A stretch of DNA of 37,610 nt from an uncultured Flavobacteriales bacterium (GTDB taxonomy: Bacteria > Bacteroidota > Bacteroidia > Flavobacteriales > BACL11), in the NCBI GenBank assembly GCA_938073745.1, contig CALJFR010000061.1:1-37610 (forward strand). Reading direction: 5' to 3'. Under the pieces are notes generated by a model, which worked only from the letters and a program-made list of their open reading frames with translations, did not search any database and was not told the origin of the DNA. How positions within the stretch are numbered: position 1 is the stretch's first letter; each line of letters starts with the position of its first letter. Below, piece by piece: positions 11,901 through 21,870 of the stretch. Made by a program: the position numbers and the translations under genes.

Positions 11901-12411
11901 TTGGAATTCCAGTTGTAGGATCTACAAATGGATACATTGAAGCTCTTAAAGTAAAACCAGCAGATGAAGGATTAGTAATGTTTGTTATAGCAGCATTTCT
12001 ACAGCAATTATCCCAAGTAAATTGCCATCCTGTATTTGGAGGAATTCCAGGCAGTTGAACAGGTTGTGATTCAAATATATACTCCTCAACGGATCCAGGA
12101 TCTCCGCCAGCACAACTTAACTGATTATTACCACTTGCTATCGGATCACATATAGGAGACACATCTTGTTGAAGAACAAAATCAACATCAATACCGATGA
12201 CAGTAGGATGATTCCAAACTTGAATAACTTGAGTAAGAGTAGAAACTGTAATTCCAGAGCAGTCTCTATAAACCTTCATTGTAAAGACATACTTCCCAAT
12301 ATCTGGACCAGACTTTAAACATTTCCAAGTAATTTCACCTCCCATTAAATGGGAAGAAAAAGAATTAATGGAAAACAATACTAAGGCAAGAAATAGAAAA
12401 ATTTTTTTCAT
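8986..12411 (-). CDS. Large secreted Cys-rich protein with Ig/FN3-like modules and T9SS type-B (gliding-motility-associated) C-terminal domain
   Basis: Signal peptide, SHLMGGEITW N-terminus common in Bacteroidota surface proteins, C-terminal FVPSSFSPNGDFHNEIF...IYSRSG...WDG...TLIR. Confidence 0.85.
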   Translation of the reverse strand: MKKIFLFLALVLFSINSFSSHLMGGEITWKCLKSGPDIGKYVFTMKVYRDCSGITVSTLTQVIQVWNHPTVIGIDVDFVLQQDVSPICDPIASGNNQLSCAGGDPGSVEEYIFESQPVQLPGIPPNTGWQFTWDNCCRNAAITNITNPSSAGFTLRASMYPFVDPTTGIPTPADPCFDSSPEFKEQPKTILCTGFPFSYSHNAFDEELDELIYSWGEPLDDFLSTYNPPVDPPVLTFNAPYTVSSPLPGAPTLDAATGEVSYNANISGNFVTCIKVQSWKCNQLVAEVYREVQVVLISCPTLPASPIPNSPPEVSQPFIDSITGLPSYDTTVYAGSLVEFAIDGIDADLYNGLTPQELVMEVSGGQFADDFLTTSNCLNPPCATFNNAAGVPAPFSNFGTVSGIFRWQTSCNHIAANIGCGQTSNVFTFLVKVYDDFCPANGIKFATVKVTVLPLPIDISPDIRCISVQESGEVKISWQHIASAPQSTVYSLYHSTNKNGPFSFVDSIYFPDSTYMHSNVDGNQESHFYYLTSLSSCADESAPSDTLQSILLDVVAINSDTEADMNWNFLRQPNLPTSSNTFDINALDGNQVWQNTANTISNNYVFPAQTCNSLQQLYVSLSDASGCVSNSSINGAVLKDTISPNKPIIKDVSVNSNGKSVISWSSTSTDVDVYAIYLLDEFGAWITIDSVYGFNNTSYVFNSSNAINNFETFSVRSLDSCGNASSRSVMHNSMNIISKVNICDLSINFSWNEYINFKDDLSHYKLFLDITDLNGNTVKDSVRITGNLNYTINNILEGHNYYFYISAYNGDSTMVAISDQINHLISLPGQPKYNYIDYVTVNQDNNSVEISCLIDNDAIINKYLVYRSLENNSVFNEIGSVPFNNSNISFIDYSASPQNYYYQYQVYPVDTCGNILQAPTVFQVNQDTSFGQTIFLNSEINLDYGNDPLYFEQYTNTLTFNEYENWLGGVVEYQLYRSVNREDFDVLPIYVFDRINNPNEELKFIDIVTDFGDGNGRFCYYIKAIEGNNNPYGSVTNGSYSNISCVSQTPILFVPSSFSPNGDFHNEIFKPITNFVSEIGYEFSIYSRSGELLFKTNDPSKGWDGTYLGSYAKNDNYVYHVSYFNGVGDLTEKVEVFTLIR

Positions 12412-12422
12412 ATAATATTTAA

Positions 12423-12430
12423 CAAATTTA
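12423..12430 (-). promoter_or_regulatory. -7 promoter box for T9SS cargo gene
   Basis: TAAATTTG on minus strand, 11 nt upstream of ATG at 12411. Confidence 0.6.
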
Positions 12431-12452
12431 CAAATAAAAAAATTTAATAATT

Positions 12453-12478
12453 ATCTGTAATTTATTAATCTTACAGAT
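12453..12478. repeat. Inverted repeat ATCTGTAA-N10-TTACAGAT (terminator of fabK-like gene or operator)
   Basis: Perfect 8-bp arms at 12453-12460 and 12471-12478. Confidence 0.55.
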
Positions 12479-12486
12479 TCAAAACA

Positions 12487-13425
12487 CTAAAGACTTATTA
12501 GTTGTCTTTTTTTTAAATTAAAATCGTTCCATAAATTATTCATTATCTCTTTAACAGAAATAACATCTTTTATTGAAGCAGATATTTGCCCAATTTCTAA
12601 TTCACCATTTTTTAAATCACCTTCAAACATTCCTCTCTTTGATCTTCCCTTTGATAGTAAATTAGTTAATTCTTCTTTACTTGCGTTAGATTTATATGCA
12701 TTTTGAATTAAATCATAAAACTCATTTTTAATTAATCTGACAGGTGTAATTTCTTTAAGGGTCAATTGTGTATCAGTATCTGTTAAATCAACAATTTTAT
12801 TTTTAAAATTTTCATGAGCAGAAGATTCCTTGCTTGCAGCAAAGAGACTTCCAATTTGAACTCCATCAGCTCCCAAGCACATTGCAGCTAATATTGCACC
12901 ACCAGAACCAATTCCACCAGCTGCTATCAAAGGAATGTCAATTATAGATCTTATTTGAGGTATTAGACACATAGTTGTAATTTCATCAATACCATTGTGC
13001 CCTCCGGCTTCAAAACCTTCGGCTACAATAGCATCAACTCCTGCATCAATACATTTAAGAGCAAATTTTTGATTAGCAACAACATGGACTACAGTAATTC
13101 CATGATCTTTTAAATATTGGGTATAATTTATTGGGTTACCAGCTGAAGTAAATACAATCTTCACCTTTTCCTCAATAATTATATTAATGTGATCTTTAAC
13201 GTTTGGGTATAACAATGGAATATTTACTCCAAATGGGTTATTGGTAGATTCCTTACATTTTTTAATATGGTACCTTAAAACATCTGGATACATAGAGCCT
13301 GAGCCTAATAATCCAAGACCTCCATTGTTGCTAACTGCACTAGCTAATCTCCAGCCGCTACACCAAATCATTCCTCCTTGAATAATCGGATATTTTATTT
13401 TAAAAAGTTCAGTAAGTCTATTCAT
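12487..13425 (-). CDS. fabK: FMN-dependent enoyl-ACP reductase II / nitronate monooxygenase family protein
   Basis: YPIIQGGM, PFGVN, AEGFEAGGHNG, IAAGGI, GADGVQIG; start placed at MNRLTELF (13425) because the longer ORF runs into the promoter region. Confidence 0.8.
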   Translation of the reverse strand: MNRLTELFKIKYPIIQGGMIWCSGWRLASAVSNNGGLGLLGSGSMYPDVLRYHIKKCKESTNNPFGVNIPLLYPNVKDHINIIIEEKVKIVFTSAGNPINYTQYLKDHGITVVHVVANQKFALKCIDAGVDAIVAEGFEAGGHNGIDEITTMCLIPQIRSIIDIPLIAAGGIGSGGAILAAMCLGADGVQIGSLFAASKESSAHENFKNKIVDLTDTDTQLTLKEITPVRLIKNEFYDLIQNAYKSNASKEELTNLLSKGRSKRGMFEGDLKNGELEIGQISASIKDVISVKEIMNNLWNDFNLKKRQLISL

Positions 13426-13433
13426 AAAAAATC

Positions 13434-13441
13434 TATATTTG
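13434..13441 (+). promoter_or_regulatory. -7 promoter box for glyA operon
   Basis: TATATTTG matches TAnnTTTG. Confidence 0.6.
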
Positions 13442-13451
13442 TTCTTAGCTA

Positions 13452-13459
13452 CGAAATTA
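13452..13459 (-). promoter_or_regulatory. Near-consensus -7 box for fabK-like gene
   Basis: TAATTTCG on minus strand (1 mismatch). Confidence 0.45.
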
Positions 13460-13472
13460 AAAAAAAACAATA

Positions 13473-14747
13473 ATGAAAAGTGACCATCAAATATTTAACT
13501 TGATAAAAGAAGAAGACTTAAGACAAAGAAATGGAATTGAACTTATTGCATCAGAGAATTTTGTTAGTAACAATGTAATGAATGCTGCAGGATCTTGTTT
13601 AACGAACAAATATGCAGAAGGTTACCCCAACAAAAGGTATTATGGAGGTTGCGAGATAGTTGACCAAGTCGAACAAATTGCAATTGACAGAGCAAAAAAA
13701 TTATTTGGAGTTGAATATGTAAATGTTCAGCCTCACTCAGGTTCACAAGCTAATTCTGCAGTTATGTTAGCATGTTTAAATGCTGGTGATAAAATATTAG
13801 GATTTAATTTAGCTCACGGAGGTCATCTTACTCATGGATCACCTGTAAATTTTTCTGGCAAACTGTATAAGACCTCATTTTACAATGTAAATAAGCAGAC
13901 AGGCTTAATAGACTATAATATGTTAGAAGAGGTTGCCAAAAAAGAAAAACCTAAAATGATTATTTGTGGCGGTTCAGCTTATTCTAGAGACTGGGATTAT
14001 AAAAAATTTAGAGAAGTAGCTGATAAAGTTGGCGCAATCTTACTCGCTGACATTGCGCATCCAGCAGGATTAATAGCAGCAGGACTACTTAACAATCCAG
14101 CAAATTATTGCCATATACTAACAACAACAACTCACAAAACTTTGAGAGGTCCTAGAGGAGGCATGATAATGATGGGAAAAGATTTTGAGAATCCTTTTGG
14201 TCACAAAAATTTAAAAGGAGAGAATAAAATGATGTCTACATTACTTAATTCTGGAGTTTTCCCTGGATCTCAAGGAGGTCCGTTAGAGCATATAATTGCT
14301 GCTAAAGCAATAGCTTTTGGTGAAGCTTTAGACACATCATTTATTGATTATTCTAAACAAGTAACACTTAATGCTAAAATTATGGCTGATTGCTTAACAA
14401 AAAAAGGGTATGATATAATTTCTGGAGGAACTGACAACCATTGTATGTTGATTGATCTTACATCTAAAAATATAAGCGGTAAACAAGCTGAAAATTCACT
14501 TGTTCAGGCTGATATTACTGCAAATAAAAACATGGTTCCGTTTGACACAAAATCTCCATTTGTAACTTCTGGTATTAGATTTGGGACTCCAGCAATAACT
14601 ACTAGAGGTGTAAAAGAAAATACAATTCCACAAATTGTTGAATTTATTGATCAAGTTATTTTGAATTATGATAATTTAATTAAGATTAAAGAAATTAAAA
14701 GTCAAGTAAATAAATTAATGAACAATTACAAAATCTTTGCATACTAA
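13473..14747 (+). CDS. glyA: Serine hydroxymethyltransferase
   Basis: [32 protein letters not shown]-lysine [13 protein letters not shown]. Confidence 0.98.
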   Translation: MKSDHQIFNLIKEEDLRQRNGIELIASENFVSNNVMNAAGSCLTNKYAEGYPNKRYYGGCEIVDQVEQIAIDRAKKLFGVEYVNVQPHSGSQANSAVMLACLNAGDKILGFNLAHGGHLTHGSPVNFSGKLYKTSFYNVNKQTGLIDYNMLEEVAKKEKPKMIICGGSAYSRDWDYKKFREVADKVGAILLADIAHPAGLIAAGLLNNPANYCHILTTTTHKTLRGPRGGMIMMGKDFENPFGHKNLKGENKMMSTLLNSGVFPGSQGGPLEHIIAAKAIAFGEALDTSFIDYSKQVTLNAKIMADCLTKKGYDIISGGTDNHCMLIDLTSKNISGKQAENSLVQADITANKNMVPFDTKSPFVTSGIRFGTPAITTRGVKENTIPQIVEFIDQVILNYDNLIKIKEIKSQVNKLMNNYKIFAY

Positions 14748-14750
14748 AAA

Positions 14751-16964
14751 ATGGATCCTTTAAATTTAGAAAATGAAAAAAAGGAAATCATAAACCGTTA
14801 CAGAGCTCTTCTAAGAGCTTGTAATGAAAAAACTACCAAAGAAGATAAAAAAGAAATTCGAAAAGCCTTTAATCTTGCAGTTAAAGGACATGAAAACATA
14901 AGAAGAAAATCTGGCGAACCATATATTCTACATCCAATTGCTGTTGCTAGTATATGTGCAAAAGAAATAGGTCTAGGAACAACATCAATTATTTGTGCTT
15001 TACTTCATGATATTGTTGAAGACACTGACTATACAATTGAAGATATAGAAAAGTTATTTGGAAAAAAAATAGCTACTATAATAAATGGACTTACTAAAAT
15101 CTCAGATGTTTTTGATCAAAAAGTTTCATTACAAGCAGAAAATTTTAGAAAAATGTTACTTACATTATCTGACGATGTAAGAGTTATATTAATAAAGCTT
15201 GCAGATAGACTTCATAACATGAGAACTTTAGACGCGATGTCTAAACAACAAAAGCTGAAAATTGCTTCAGAAACTCTCTATTTATACGCTCCTTTAGCTC
15301 ATAGATTGGGCCTGTACCCTATTAAAACTGAATTAGAAGATTTAGGTCTCAAGTTTACCAAACCTGAAATATACAAAGCAATATCAATAAAATTAAATGA
15401 AACAAAGTTGAGTAGAAATAAGTACATAAATAAATTCTCTCAGCCAATAAAAACAGTTTTAAAAAAGGAAGGTCTTAAAACTACAATTAAAGGCAGGCCT
15501 AAATCTATTTACTCTATTAGAGAAAAAATTCTTCACAAAGGCGTAACCTTTGATAATATCTTTGACAAGTTTGCTATTAGAATAATTGTTGAAAGTAGTT
15601 ATCAAAATGAAAAATCTGATTGTTGGAAAATTTACTCAATAGTTACAGATTTTTACAAACCAAATCCAGATAGATTAAGAGATTGGATTTCTACTCCAAA
15701 AGTTAATGGATATGAATCATTACATACAACTGTAATGGGTGAGGATGGTAAGTGGGTAGAAGTTCAAATAAGAAGTAAAAGAATGGACGAAATAGCCGAA
15801 AGAGGATATGCAGCGCATTGGCATTATAAAAATCAAGACGAAAAATCCAGTAGTCTTGATTTATGGATTAATAAAATCAGTAGTCTATTAGAGAATCCCG
15901 AATCAAATGCTATTGATTTTATTGATGATTTTAAACTTAACTTATATTCAGGTGAAATATTTGTTTTCACACCAAAAGGCGATTTAAAAACCCTACCAAA
16001 AGGAGCAACTGCATTAGACTTTGCTTTTGAAATACATACACAAATTGGGATGACTTGTTTAGGTGTAAAAGTTAATGGAAAGTTAGTAGCACTAAGCCAT
16101 GAACTTTCAAGTGGAGATCAAGTAGAAATTATAACTTCTAGAAAACAACACCCTAGAAAAGACTGGCTTAGATTTGTAGTAACATCACATGCAAGAACTA
16201 GAATAAAAAGTGCATTAAAAAGAGAAGAAAAAGTTATTGCAGAAAAAGGAAAAGAACTAGCTGAAAGAAAATTAAGACACCTAAGAACAAAACTAAGTCG
16301 AGACACTGAAAATCAACTTATTAAATTTTTTAAATCTACTAGCTCACAAGAATTATTTTTTAGATTTGGAAATGGTCAAATTTCTAATAAAGAATTAAAA
16401 GAATTTGTTAATTTAAAGAATTCTGGATGGTATCAAAACATAAAAAATAGAATTTACAGCTCAAAATATTTAAGTAAAAAACCTATTATAAATAACTTAA
16501 TAGTATTTAATGAAGATGATGAAATACTAGATTATAAAATTTCAAAATGCTGTAATGCAATTCCAGGTGACAATATTTTTGGTTTTCTCTCTATTATAGA
16601 TGGACTAAAGGTTCACAGAGAAGATTGTCCAAATGCTATTGAGTTAAGGGCTAATTATGCGTATAGAATTTTAAAAGCAAAATGGACAACGAAAGAAAAT
16701 CTTGATTTTACAGCAAATTTAAAACTTAGTGGAATAGATAGTGTTGGACTTGTTAATAAAGTTACTCAAATAATATCTAAGCAATTACATGTAGATATAA
16801 AAGCAATAAATATTTATACTAATGATGGTGTATTTGAAGGAGAAATCACACTAAAAGTACACAATGAAACGTTCTTAAGCGAAATAACTAAAAAGTTAGA
16901 GAAAATTGAAGGTATAGTTAAAATTTCAAGAACTTATAAACATAGTAGAAATATTAAGGTATAA
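14751..16964 (+). CDS. relA: Bifunctional (p)ppGpp synthetase/hydrolase (long RSH: HD-SYN-TGS-ACT)
   Basis: RKSGEPYILHP, intact LLHDIVEDT hydrolase motif, GYESLHTTV, EVQIRS, TGS FVFTPKG, CC zinc-finger region, ACT domain. Confidence 0.95.
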   Translation: MDPLNLENEKKEIINRYRALLRACNEKTTKEDKKEIRKAFNLAVKGHENIRRKSGEPYILHPIAVASICAKEIGLGTTSIICALLHDIVEDTDYTIEDIEKLFGKKIATIINGLTKISDVFDQKVSLQAENFRKMLLTLSDDVRVILIKLADRLHNMRTLDAMSKQQKLKIASETLYLYAPLAHRLGLYPIKTELEDLGLKFTKPEIYKAISIKLNETKLSRNKYINKFSQPIKTVLKKEGLKTTIKGRPKSIYSIREKILHKGVTFDNIFDKFAIRIIVESSYQNEKSDCWKIYSIVTDFYKPNPDRLRDWISTPKVNGYESLHTTVMGEDGKWVEVQIRSKRMDEIAERGYAAHWHYKNQDEKSSSLDLWINKISSLLENPESNAIDFIDDFKLNLYSGEIFVFTPKGDLKTLPKGATALDFAFEIHTQIGMTCLGVKVNGKLVALSHELSSGDQVEIITSRKQHPRKDWLRFVVTSHARTRIKSALKREEKVIAEKGKELAERKLRHLRTKLSRDTENQLIKFFKSTSSQELFFRFGNGQISNKELKEFVNLKNSGWYQNIKNRIYSSKYLSKKPIINNLIVFNEDDEILDYKISKCCNAIPGDNIFGFLSIIDGLKVHREDCPNAIELRANYAYRILKAKWTTKENLDFTANLKLSGIDSVGLVNKVTQIISKQLHVDIKAINIYTNDGVFEGEITLKVHNETFLSEITKKLEKIEGIVKISRTYKHSRNIKV

Positions 16965-17024
16965 ATGTTTCAAAATATTCAATAAAATAATGTTTTTAAT
17001 TTATTTTTATTTTTTATTAAAATT

Positions 17025-17486
17025 ATGACTCAACAACATAAAACAATTAATGAAGTAACTAAAGTTTTCACTGATTACTTAATAAAAAACAATCAACGTA
17101 AAACTCCGGAGAGATATGCTATACTAAATGAGATTTATGAGTATGAGGGACATTTTGATATTGAAACATTGTATATCATGATGAAAAATAAAAAATACCG
17201 AGTAAGTAGGGCTACTCTTTACAATACAATAGAGCTTCTTTTGGACTCAAATCTTGTCAGAAAACATCAATTTGGAAAATCACATGCACAATTTGAAAAG
17301 TCTTATTCAAACAAACAACATGATCATTTAATTTGTACAAATTGTGATAAAGTTATTGAATTTTGTGACCCAAGATTGCAAGGAATAATGAGTTTTATTG
17401 AAGATAATATGAAATTTAAAATTTCTAGACATTCTCTTAATTTATATGGAAGATGTCTTGATGAAAAAAACTGTATTAAAAAATAA
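17025..17486 (+). CDS. fur: Fur family transcriptional regulator
   Basis: [24 protein letters not shown]-terminal YGRC...C. Confidence 0.9.
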   Translation: MTQQHKTINEVTKVFTDYLIKNNQRKTPERYAILNEIYEYEGHFDIETLYIMMKNKKYRVSRATLYNTIELLLDSNLVRKHQFGKSHAQFEKSYSNKQHDHLICTNCDKVIEFCDPRLQGIMSFIEDNMKFKISRHSLNLYGRCLDEKNCIKK

Positions 17487-17490
17487 ATAG

Positions 17491-18753
17491 ATGAAAGTTG
17501 ATGTATTGTTAGGTCTTCAATGGGGAGATGAAGGAAAAGGAAAAATTGTTGATGTTTTAACTAAAAACTATGATATTATTGCTCGATTTCAAGGAGGTCC
17601 AAATGCAGGACATACACTAGAATTTGATGGAATTAAACATGTTTTACATACTATTCCTTCAGGAATCTTTCATAAAGGAATAACTAATCTTATTGGAAAT
17701 GGTGTTGTTATTGACCCAGTAATTTTTGAAAATGAAATTAATTCAATCAATAAATTAAATTTTGACATATCTGAACTATTAATTTCAAAAAAAGCTCATC
17801 TTATTCTACCCACTCATAAACTATTAGATGCGGCATCTGAAAAAGCAAAAGGAAAAAATAAGATTGGATCAACTCTCAAAGGAATAGGACCTACATATAT
17901 GGATAAGACCGGTAGAAATGGATTAAGAGTTGGCGATGTTAATACTAGTAATTTTAATGAAAAATATGAAAAACTAAAAAATAAACATATAGAACTTTTA
18001 AAGTTTTATGATTTTGAATACAATTTAGAAGAATTAGAATCAATTTGGTTTAAAAGTTTAGATACTCTCAAAAAATTCAATCATATTGACAGTGAACACT
18101 ATATTCATGAGGCATTGAAAAATGGGAAAAAATTATTAGCTGAAGGAGCTCAAGGCACATTATTAGATATTGATTTTGGCTCCTACCCTTTTGTAACTTC
18201 TTCAAATACAATAACTGCCGGAGCCTGTACAGGTTTAGGTGTAGCTCCAAATCAAATAACTGATGTTTTTGGAATCTTCAAGGCATACTGTACAAGAGTT
18301 GGAAGTGGACCTTTCCCTACTGAACTTTATGATGAAGTTGGAGAACATCTTGGCAGAGTAGGAAATGAATTTGGTGCTACAACTGGAAGAGCAAGAAGAT
18401 GTGGCTGGATAGATTTACCAGCTTTAAAATATGCAATAGATATTAATGGGGTAACACAATTAATGATGATGAAATCTGACGTCCTTTCTGGAATAAATAA
18501 AATAAAGGTTTGTACTCATTATTTAAATTCAAATAATGAAAAGATAGATTATCTACCTTTTGAAGATAATGAAAACTTAACTCCTGTCTATGATGAAATA
18601 GATGGCTGGAAAAAAAATCTTATGAAGATTAACAATCTTGAGGAAGCCCCAATTCAAGTTCATAATTATATTAAATATCTTGAAAATCATCTTGATGTAC
18701 CTATCAAAATCATTTCTGTAGGGCCAGATCGGAAACAAACATTTTTTAGATAA
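17491..18753 (+). CDS. purA: Adenylosuccinate synthetase
   Basis: QWGDEGKGK, GGPNAGHT, EGAQG, EFGATTGRARRCGW. Confidence 0.98.
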   Translation: MKVDVLLGLQWGDEGKGKIVDVLTKNYDIIARFQGGPNAGHTLEFDGIKHVLHTIPSGIFHKGITNLIGNGVVIDPVIFENEINSINKLNFDISELLISKKAHLILPTHKLLDAASEKAKGKNKIGSTLKGIGPTYMDKTGRNGLRVGDVNTSNFNEKYEKLKNKHIELLKFYDFEYNLEELESIWFKSLDTLKKFNHIDSEHYIHEALKNGKKLLAEGAQGTLLDIDFGSYPFVTSSNTITAGACTGLGVAPNQITDVFGIFKAYCTRVGSGPFPTELYDEVGEHLGRVGNEFGATTGRARRCGWIDLPALKYAIDINGVTQLMMMKSDVLSGINKIKVCTHYLNSNNEKIDYLPFEDNENLTPVYDEIDGWKKNLMKINNLEEAPIQVHNYIKYLENHLDVPIKIISVGPDRKQTFFR

Positions 18754-18755
18754 AC

Positions 18756-20252
18756 TTGAAACACTTAAATCTTATAATTTTTTCACTACTTATAAGTTCT
18801 GTTTCTTTTGCTCAAAAAAATCAGAAGAAAATAGAAATAATAAATGCAGATTTCACTTACGTTAATAATAAATCACACCCAGATTATTGGCGTCTGATTG
18901 GAAATGTTAATATAACTCACGATCAAACTGAAATGTTTTGTGATTCTGCTCATTATTTTTCAGAAAAAGAGAAGATTATCGCTTATGAAAATGTAAAAGT
19001 TAAAAAAGGTGACAGTATTAATATTAGCGGAGATATACTAAATTATGATGGAGAAAATAAAATTGCAATAATTTCAAAAAATGTTATTTTTATTAACAAA
19101 GAAAATATTTTAAATTCCCAAAGACTAATTTATAATCTTCAAAAAAAAATAATTAGTTTTAATTCATTAAGTGAAATTTCAAAAGGAAATCAAAAAATAT
19201 CAGCAAAAAAAGGCATCTATAACACTATAGAAAGAACATATCAATTTAATGACTCAGTAAACTATCATAATAATAATTATCATATAATAACTAACAACCT
19301 AAAATCTGAAGAAAAGAATCAAATAACTATATTAAATGGACCATCAAAGATATATTTTGATAACAAAGTTGTTTTTTGCGAAAAGGCCAACTTATATGAA
19401 AAAGAAAATAGAGCAGAGTTTTTCAAAAACACAGCTTTAAAAACAGAAAAATATATATTATTTGCCGATAGTTTATTTTTTGACAAAAAAAATAATAATC
19501 TAAAAGCAAAAAATAATGTCTTACTAGTAGATTCCATTAATAATTTTTTTATTGAAAGTAATAATGCTAAATATACAGGAGTTGAGAAAAAAATGATTTT
19601 TGACAAAAACCCATTACTAAATTTAGTTTCTAAAGAAGATACTCTATTTATAAAAGCAAATGAATTTCATAATCAAGAAATATTAAATAAAGAGACTTTA
19701 TGTGCTTTTAATAATGTTGAAATTTTAAATAATGAGATTAAAGGCAAATGTGATTCACTTACATTTTCAATTTCAGATTCTTTGATAAACATGTACGAGA
19801 AACCATTATTATGGATTGATGAGTATCAGATATCTGCAGATAGTATGAGCATTAATTATTATGGTAAAACAATTAAGAAGTTATTTTTAATTTCAAATCC
19901 TATTATTATTTCAGAGCAAGACTCTTCTCTATATAATCAAATAAAAGGAAAATACATGCAGGGAGATTTCTTAGAAAATAAGCTAAAAAACATAGATGTA
20001 TTAGGTAATGGACAAAGCATCTATTTTATTAAAGAAAACAAAGAAATTATTGGCATGAATTATATTGAATCATCAAATATTTATTTATCATTCAAAAAAA
20101 ATAGAATAGATAATATCAACTATAAAAAATCACCATACTCAATTACCACTCCATTAGAAGATATAATAGAAGAAAAAAAATATCTCAAAGGTTTTAATTG
20201 GAAAATAAAAGAAAAACCTGAAAGAAATGGAATATTTAATCAACAACTCTAA
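18756..20252 (+). CDS. OstA-like (LptA/LptD-N beta-jellyroll) periplasmic protein, TTG start
   Basis: Signal peptide, repeated CDSA/ADSL/CDSL beta-strand motifs, GNGQSIYF, YLKGFNW; usual position after purA in Flavobacteriia. Confidence 0.78.
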   Translation: MKHLNLIIFSLLISSVSFAQKNQKKIEIINADFTYVNNKSHPDYWRLIGNVNITHDQTEMFCDSAHYFSEKEKIIAYENVKVKKGDSINISGDILNYDGENKIAIISKNVIFINKENILNSQRLIYNLQKKIISFNSLSEISKGNQKISAKKGIYNTIERTYQFNDSVNYHNNNYHIITNNLKSEEKNQITILNGPSKIYFDNKVVFCEKANLYEKENRAEFFKNTALKTEKYILFADSLFFDKKNNNLKAKNNVLLVDSINNFFIESNNAKYTGVEKKMIFDKNPLLNLVSKEDTLFIKANEFHNQEILNKETLCAFNNVEILNNEIKGKCDSLTFSISDSLINMYEKPLLWIDEYQISADSMSINYYGKTIKKLFLISNPIIISEQDSSLYNQIKGKYMQGDFLENKLKNIDVLGNGQSIYFIKENKEIIGMNYIESSNIYLSFKKNRIDNINYKKSPYSITTPLEDIIEEKKYLKGFNWKIKEKPERNGIFNQQL

Positions 20253-21870
20253 AAGAAGTCCTTCTATTTAGAGAACGGCCTAACTCAGTATTATTTGTAG
20301 AGATTGGAACTTTATCCCCAAAACCTTTGAAAGAAATCTGGTCATTTTTAACAGATTTTGATACTAAATAATCATAAACTGATTGAGCTCTATTTTTAGA
20401 TAATAAGAGATTAGAATTAGAATTACCAATTGAATCTGTATGACCCTCAACTAATATGTTAATGTTATACTTAATAATATACTCAGCTAGCTGATCAAGC
20501 TCGAATAAAGAATCACTTATTAAATCATAGGAATTAGTAGAAAAAAGTACATTTTTTAAGATTATCTCCTCACCTGCTCTTGATTGTATAATTTCTAGTT
20601 CAATTTGATTTAGCTTATTAGCTTTAAAAATTTCAGGTAAATCAAAATAAAAAATATCATCTAATCCATATCCGTCATTTGTTGAAGCATAGTAGGCAGT
20701 AATACCATTAGAAGAAACAACTAATGAGTTTTGATTTAAATGATTATTAATTGGGTAACCAAGATTAACAGGAGAATTCCAACTATCATTTACATCATTT
20801 CTTTTTGAAAGAAATAAATCAAAGTCACCTAAACCAACATGACCATTTGAAGCGAAGTATAAATTTAAATTATCTGGATGAATATATGGTGACATTTCAT
20901 CCTTATCAGTGTTAATTTCAGGACCTGCATTAACTGGTCTAGAAAAACCATCATTATTGATTTTAGAAATCCAAATATCTGTACCACCATATCCTCCAGG
21001 GCGATTACTTACAAAATAAATATAATTTCTATCAGAAGAAAAGCAAGCTTGAGAATCCCAATATTTAGAATTAATATCTTTTCCTAGATTTACAAAATTT
21101 AAATTATTAATATCATTATATCCATAATAAAGATCACAACTTCCAAAACCATCACTTCTGTTGCAAGCAGTATATATTAATAAACTTTGATCACTAGAAA
21201 ATGATAATGCTCCTTCATTGCCAGAAGTATTAAGTGGTGATGGAAATGGAAGTGCTTTTTGCCATTCACCCTTAACTTTATTTGAATAATAAAAATCTTC
21301 TTGTGGTTTAGAATCACCATCTTCTACCCTTCTAGTAAAAATAATTTTATTATCATCGGAACTTATTGTAGGACCAATTTCTGACATATTAGAGTTTATG
21401 TTCCCTCCAAGATTTACTGGGTTAAAAACTACAGGATTATTGATTGAATTTATAGAAAATTTACAGCTTTTAATAAAACGTTTAATTTTACTATTACAAA
21501 AAGAAGAATCAAGCTTACAAACTGCATTATAATAATAAAGAGCTTCAGAATAAAAACCTTTTTTATAAAAATTATTTGCAACTTTTTCTATACCTTCATA
21601 ATCATCAATATTATTGACGTCATAAATTTCAAGCAATAATTCTGAAGATTTAAAAATATCATCTTCAATAAAATAAATATTTGAAAGCAAAAGATAAGGT
21701 TTATCCCAACTGTTGTTCTTTTCAATTATTTTAATTAAGATATCTTTTGATTTATCTAAATTATTCTTCTTGAAATATTTAAATGCTTTATCATAGTTTT
21801 TAAAGTCTTTTTTTTGACAATATAAAGAACTACTAAATAGAAAAATATAAATTATTAAAAAAAACCTCAT
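20236..21870 (-). CDS. OmpA-family peptidoglycan-binding protein with TPR-like N-terminus and PD40 beta-propeller (PorE-like)
   Basis: Repeats YFVSNRPGGYGGTDIW, YFASNGHVGLGDFDLF; OmpA_C GHTDSIG...NLLLSKNRA...GFG...NRR. Confidence 0.88.
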   Translation of the reverse strand: MRFFLIIYIFLFSSSLYCQKKDFKNYDKAFKYFKKNNLDKSKDILIKIIEKNNSWDKPYLLLSNIYFIEDDIFKSSELLLEIYDVNNIDDYEGIEKVANNFYKKGFYSEALYYYNAVCKLDSSFCNSKIKRFIKSCKFSINSINNPVVFNPVNLGGNINSNMSEIGPTISSDDNKIIFTRRVEDGDSKPQEDFYYSNKVKGEWQKALPFPSPLNTSGNEGALSFSSDQSLLIYTACNRSDGFGSCDLYYGYNDINNLNFVNLGKDINSKYWDSQACFSSDRNYIYFVSNRPGGYGGTDIWISKINNDGFSRPVNAGPEINTDKDEMSPYIHPDNLNLYFASNGHVGLGDFDLFLSKRNDVNDSWNSPVNLGYPINNHLNQNSLVVSSNGITAYYASTNDGYGLDDIFYFDLPEIFKANKLNQIELEIIQSRAGEEIILKNVLFSTNSYDLISDSLFELDQLAEYIIKYNINILVEGHTDSIGNSNSNLLLSKNRAQSVYDYLVSKSVKNDQISFKGFGDKVPISTNNTELGRSLNRRTSFRVVD

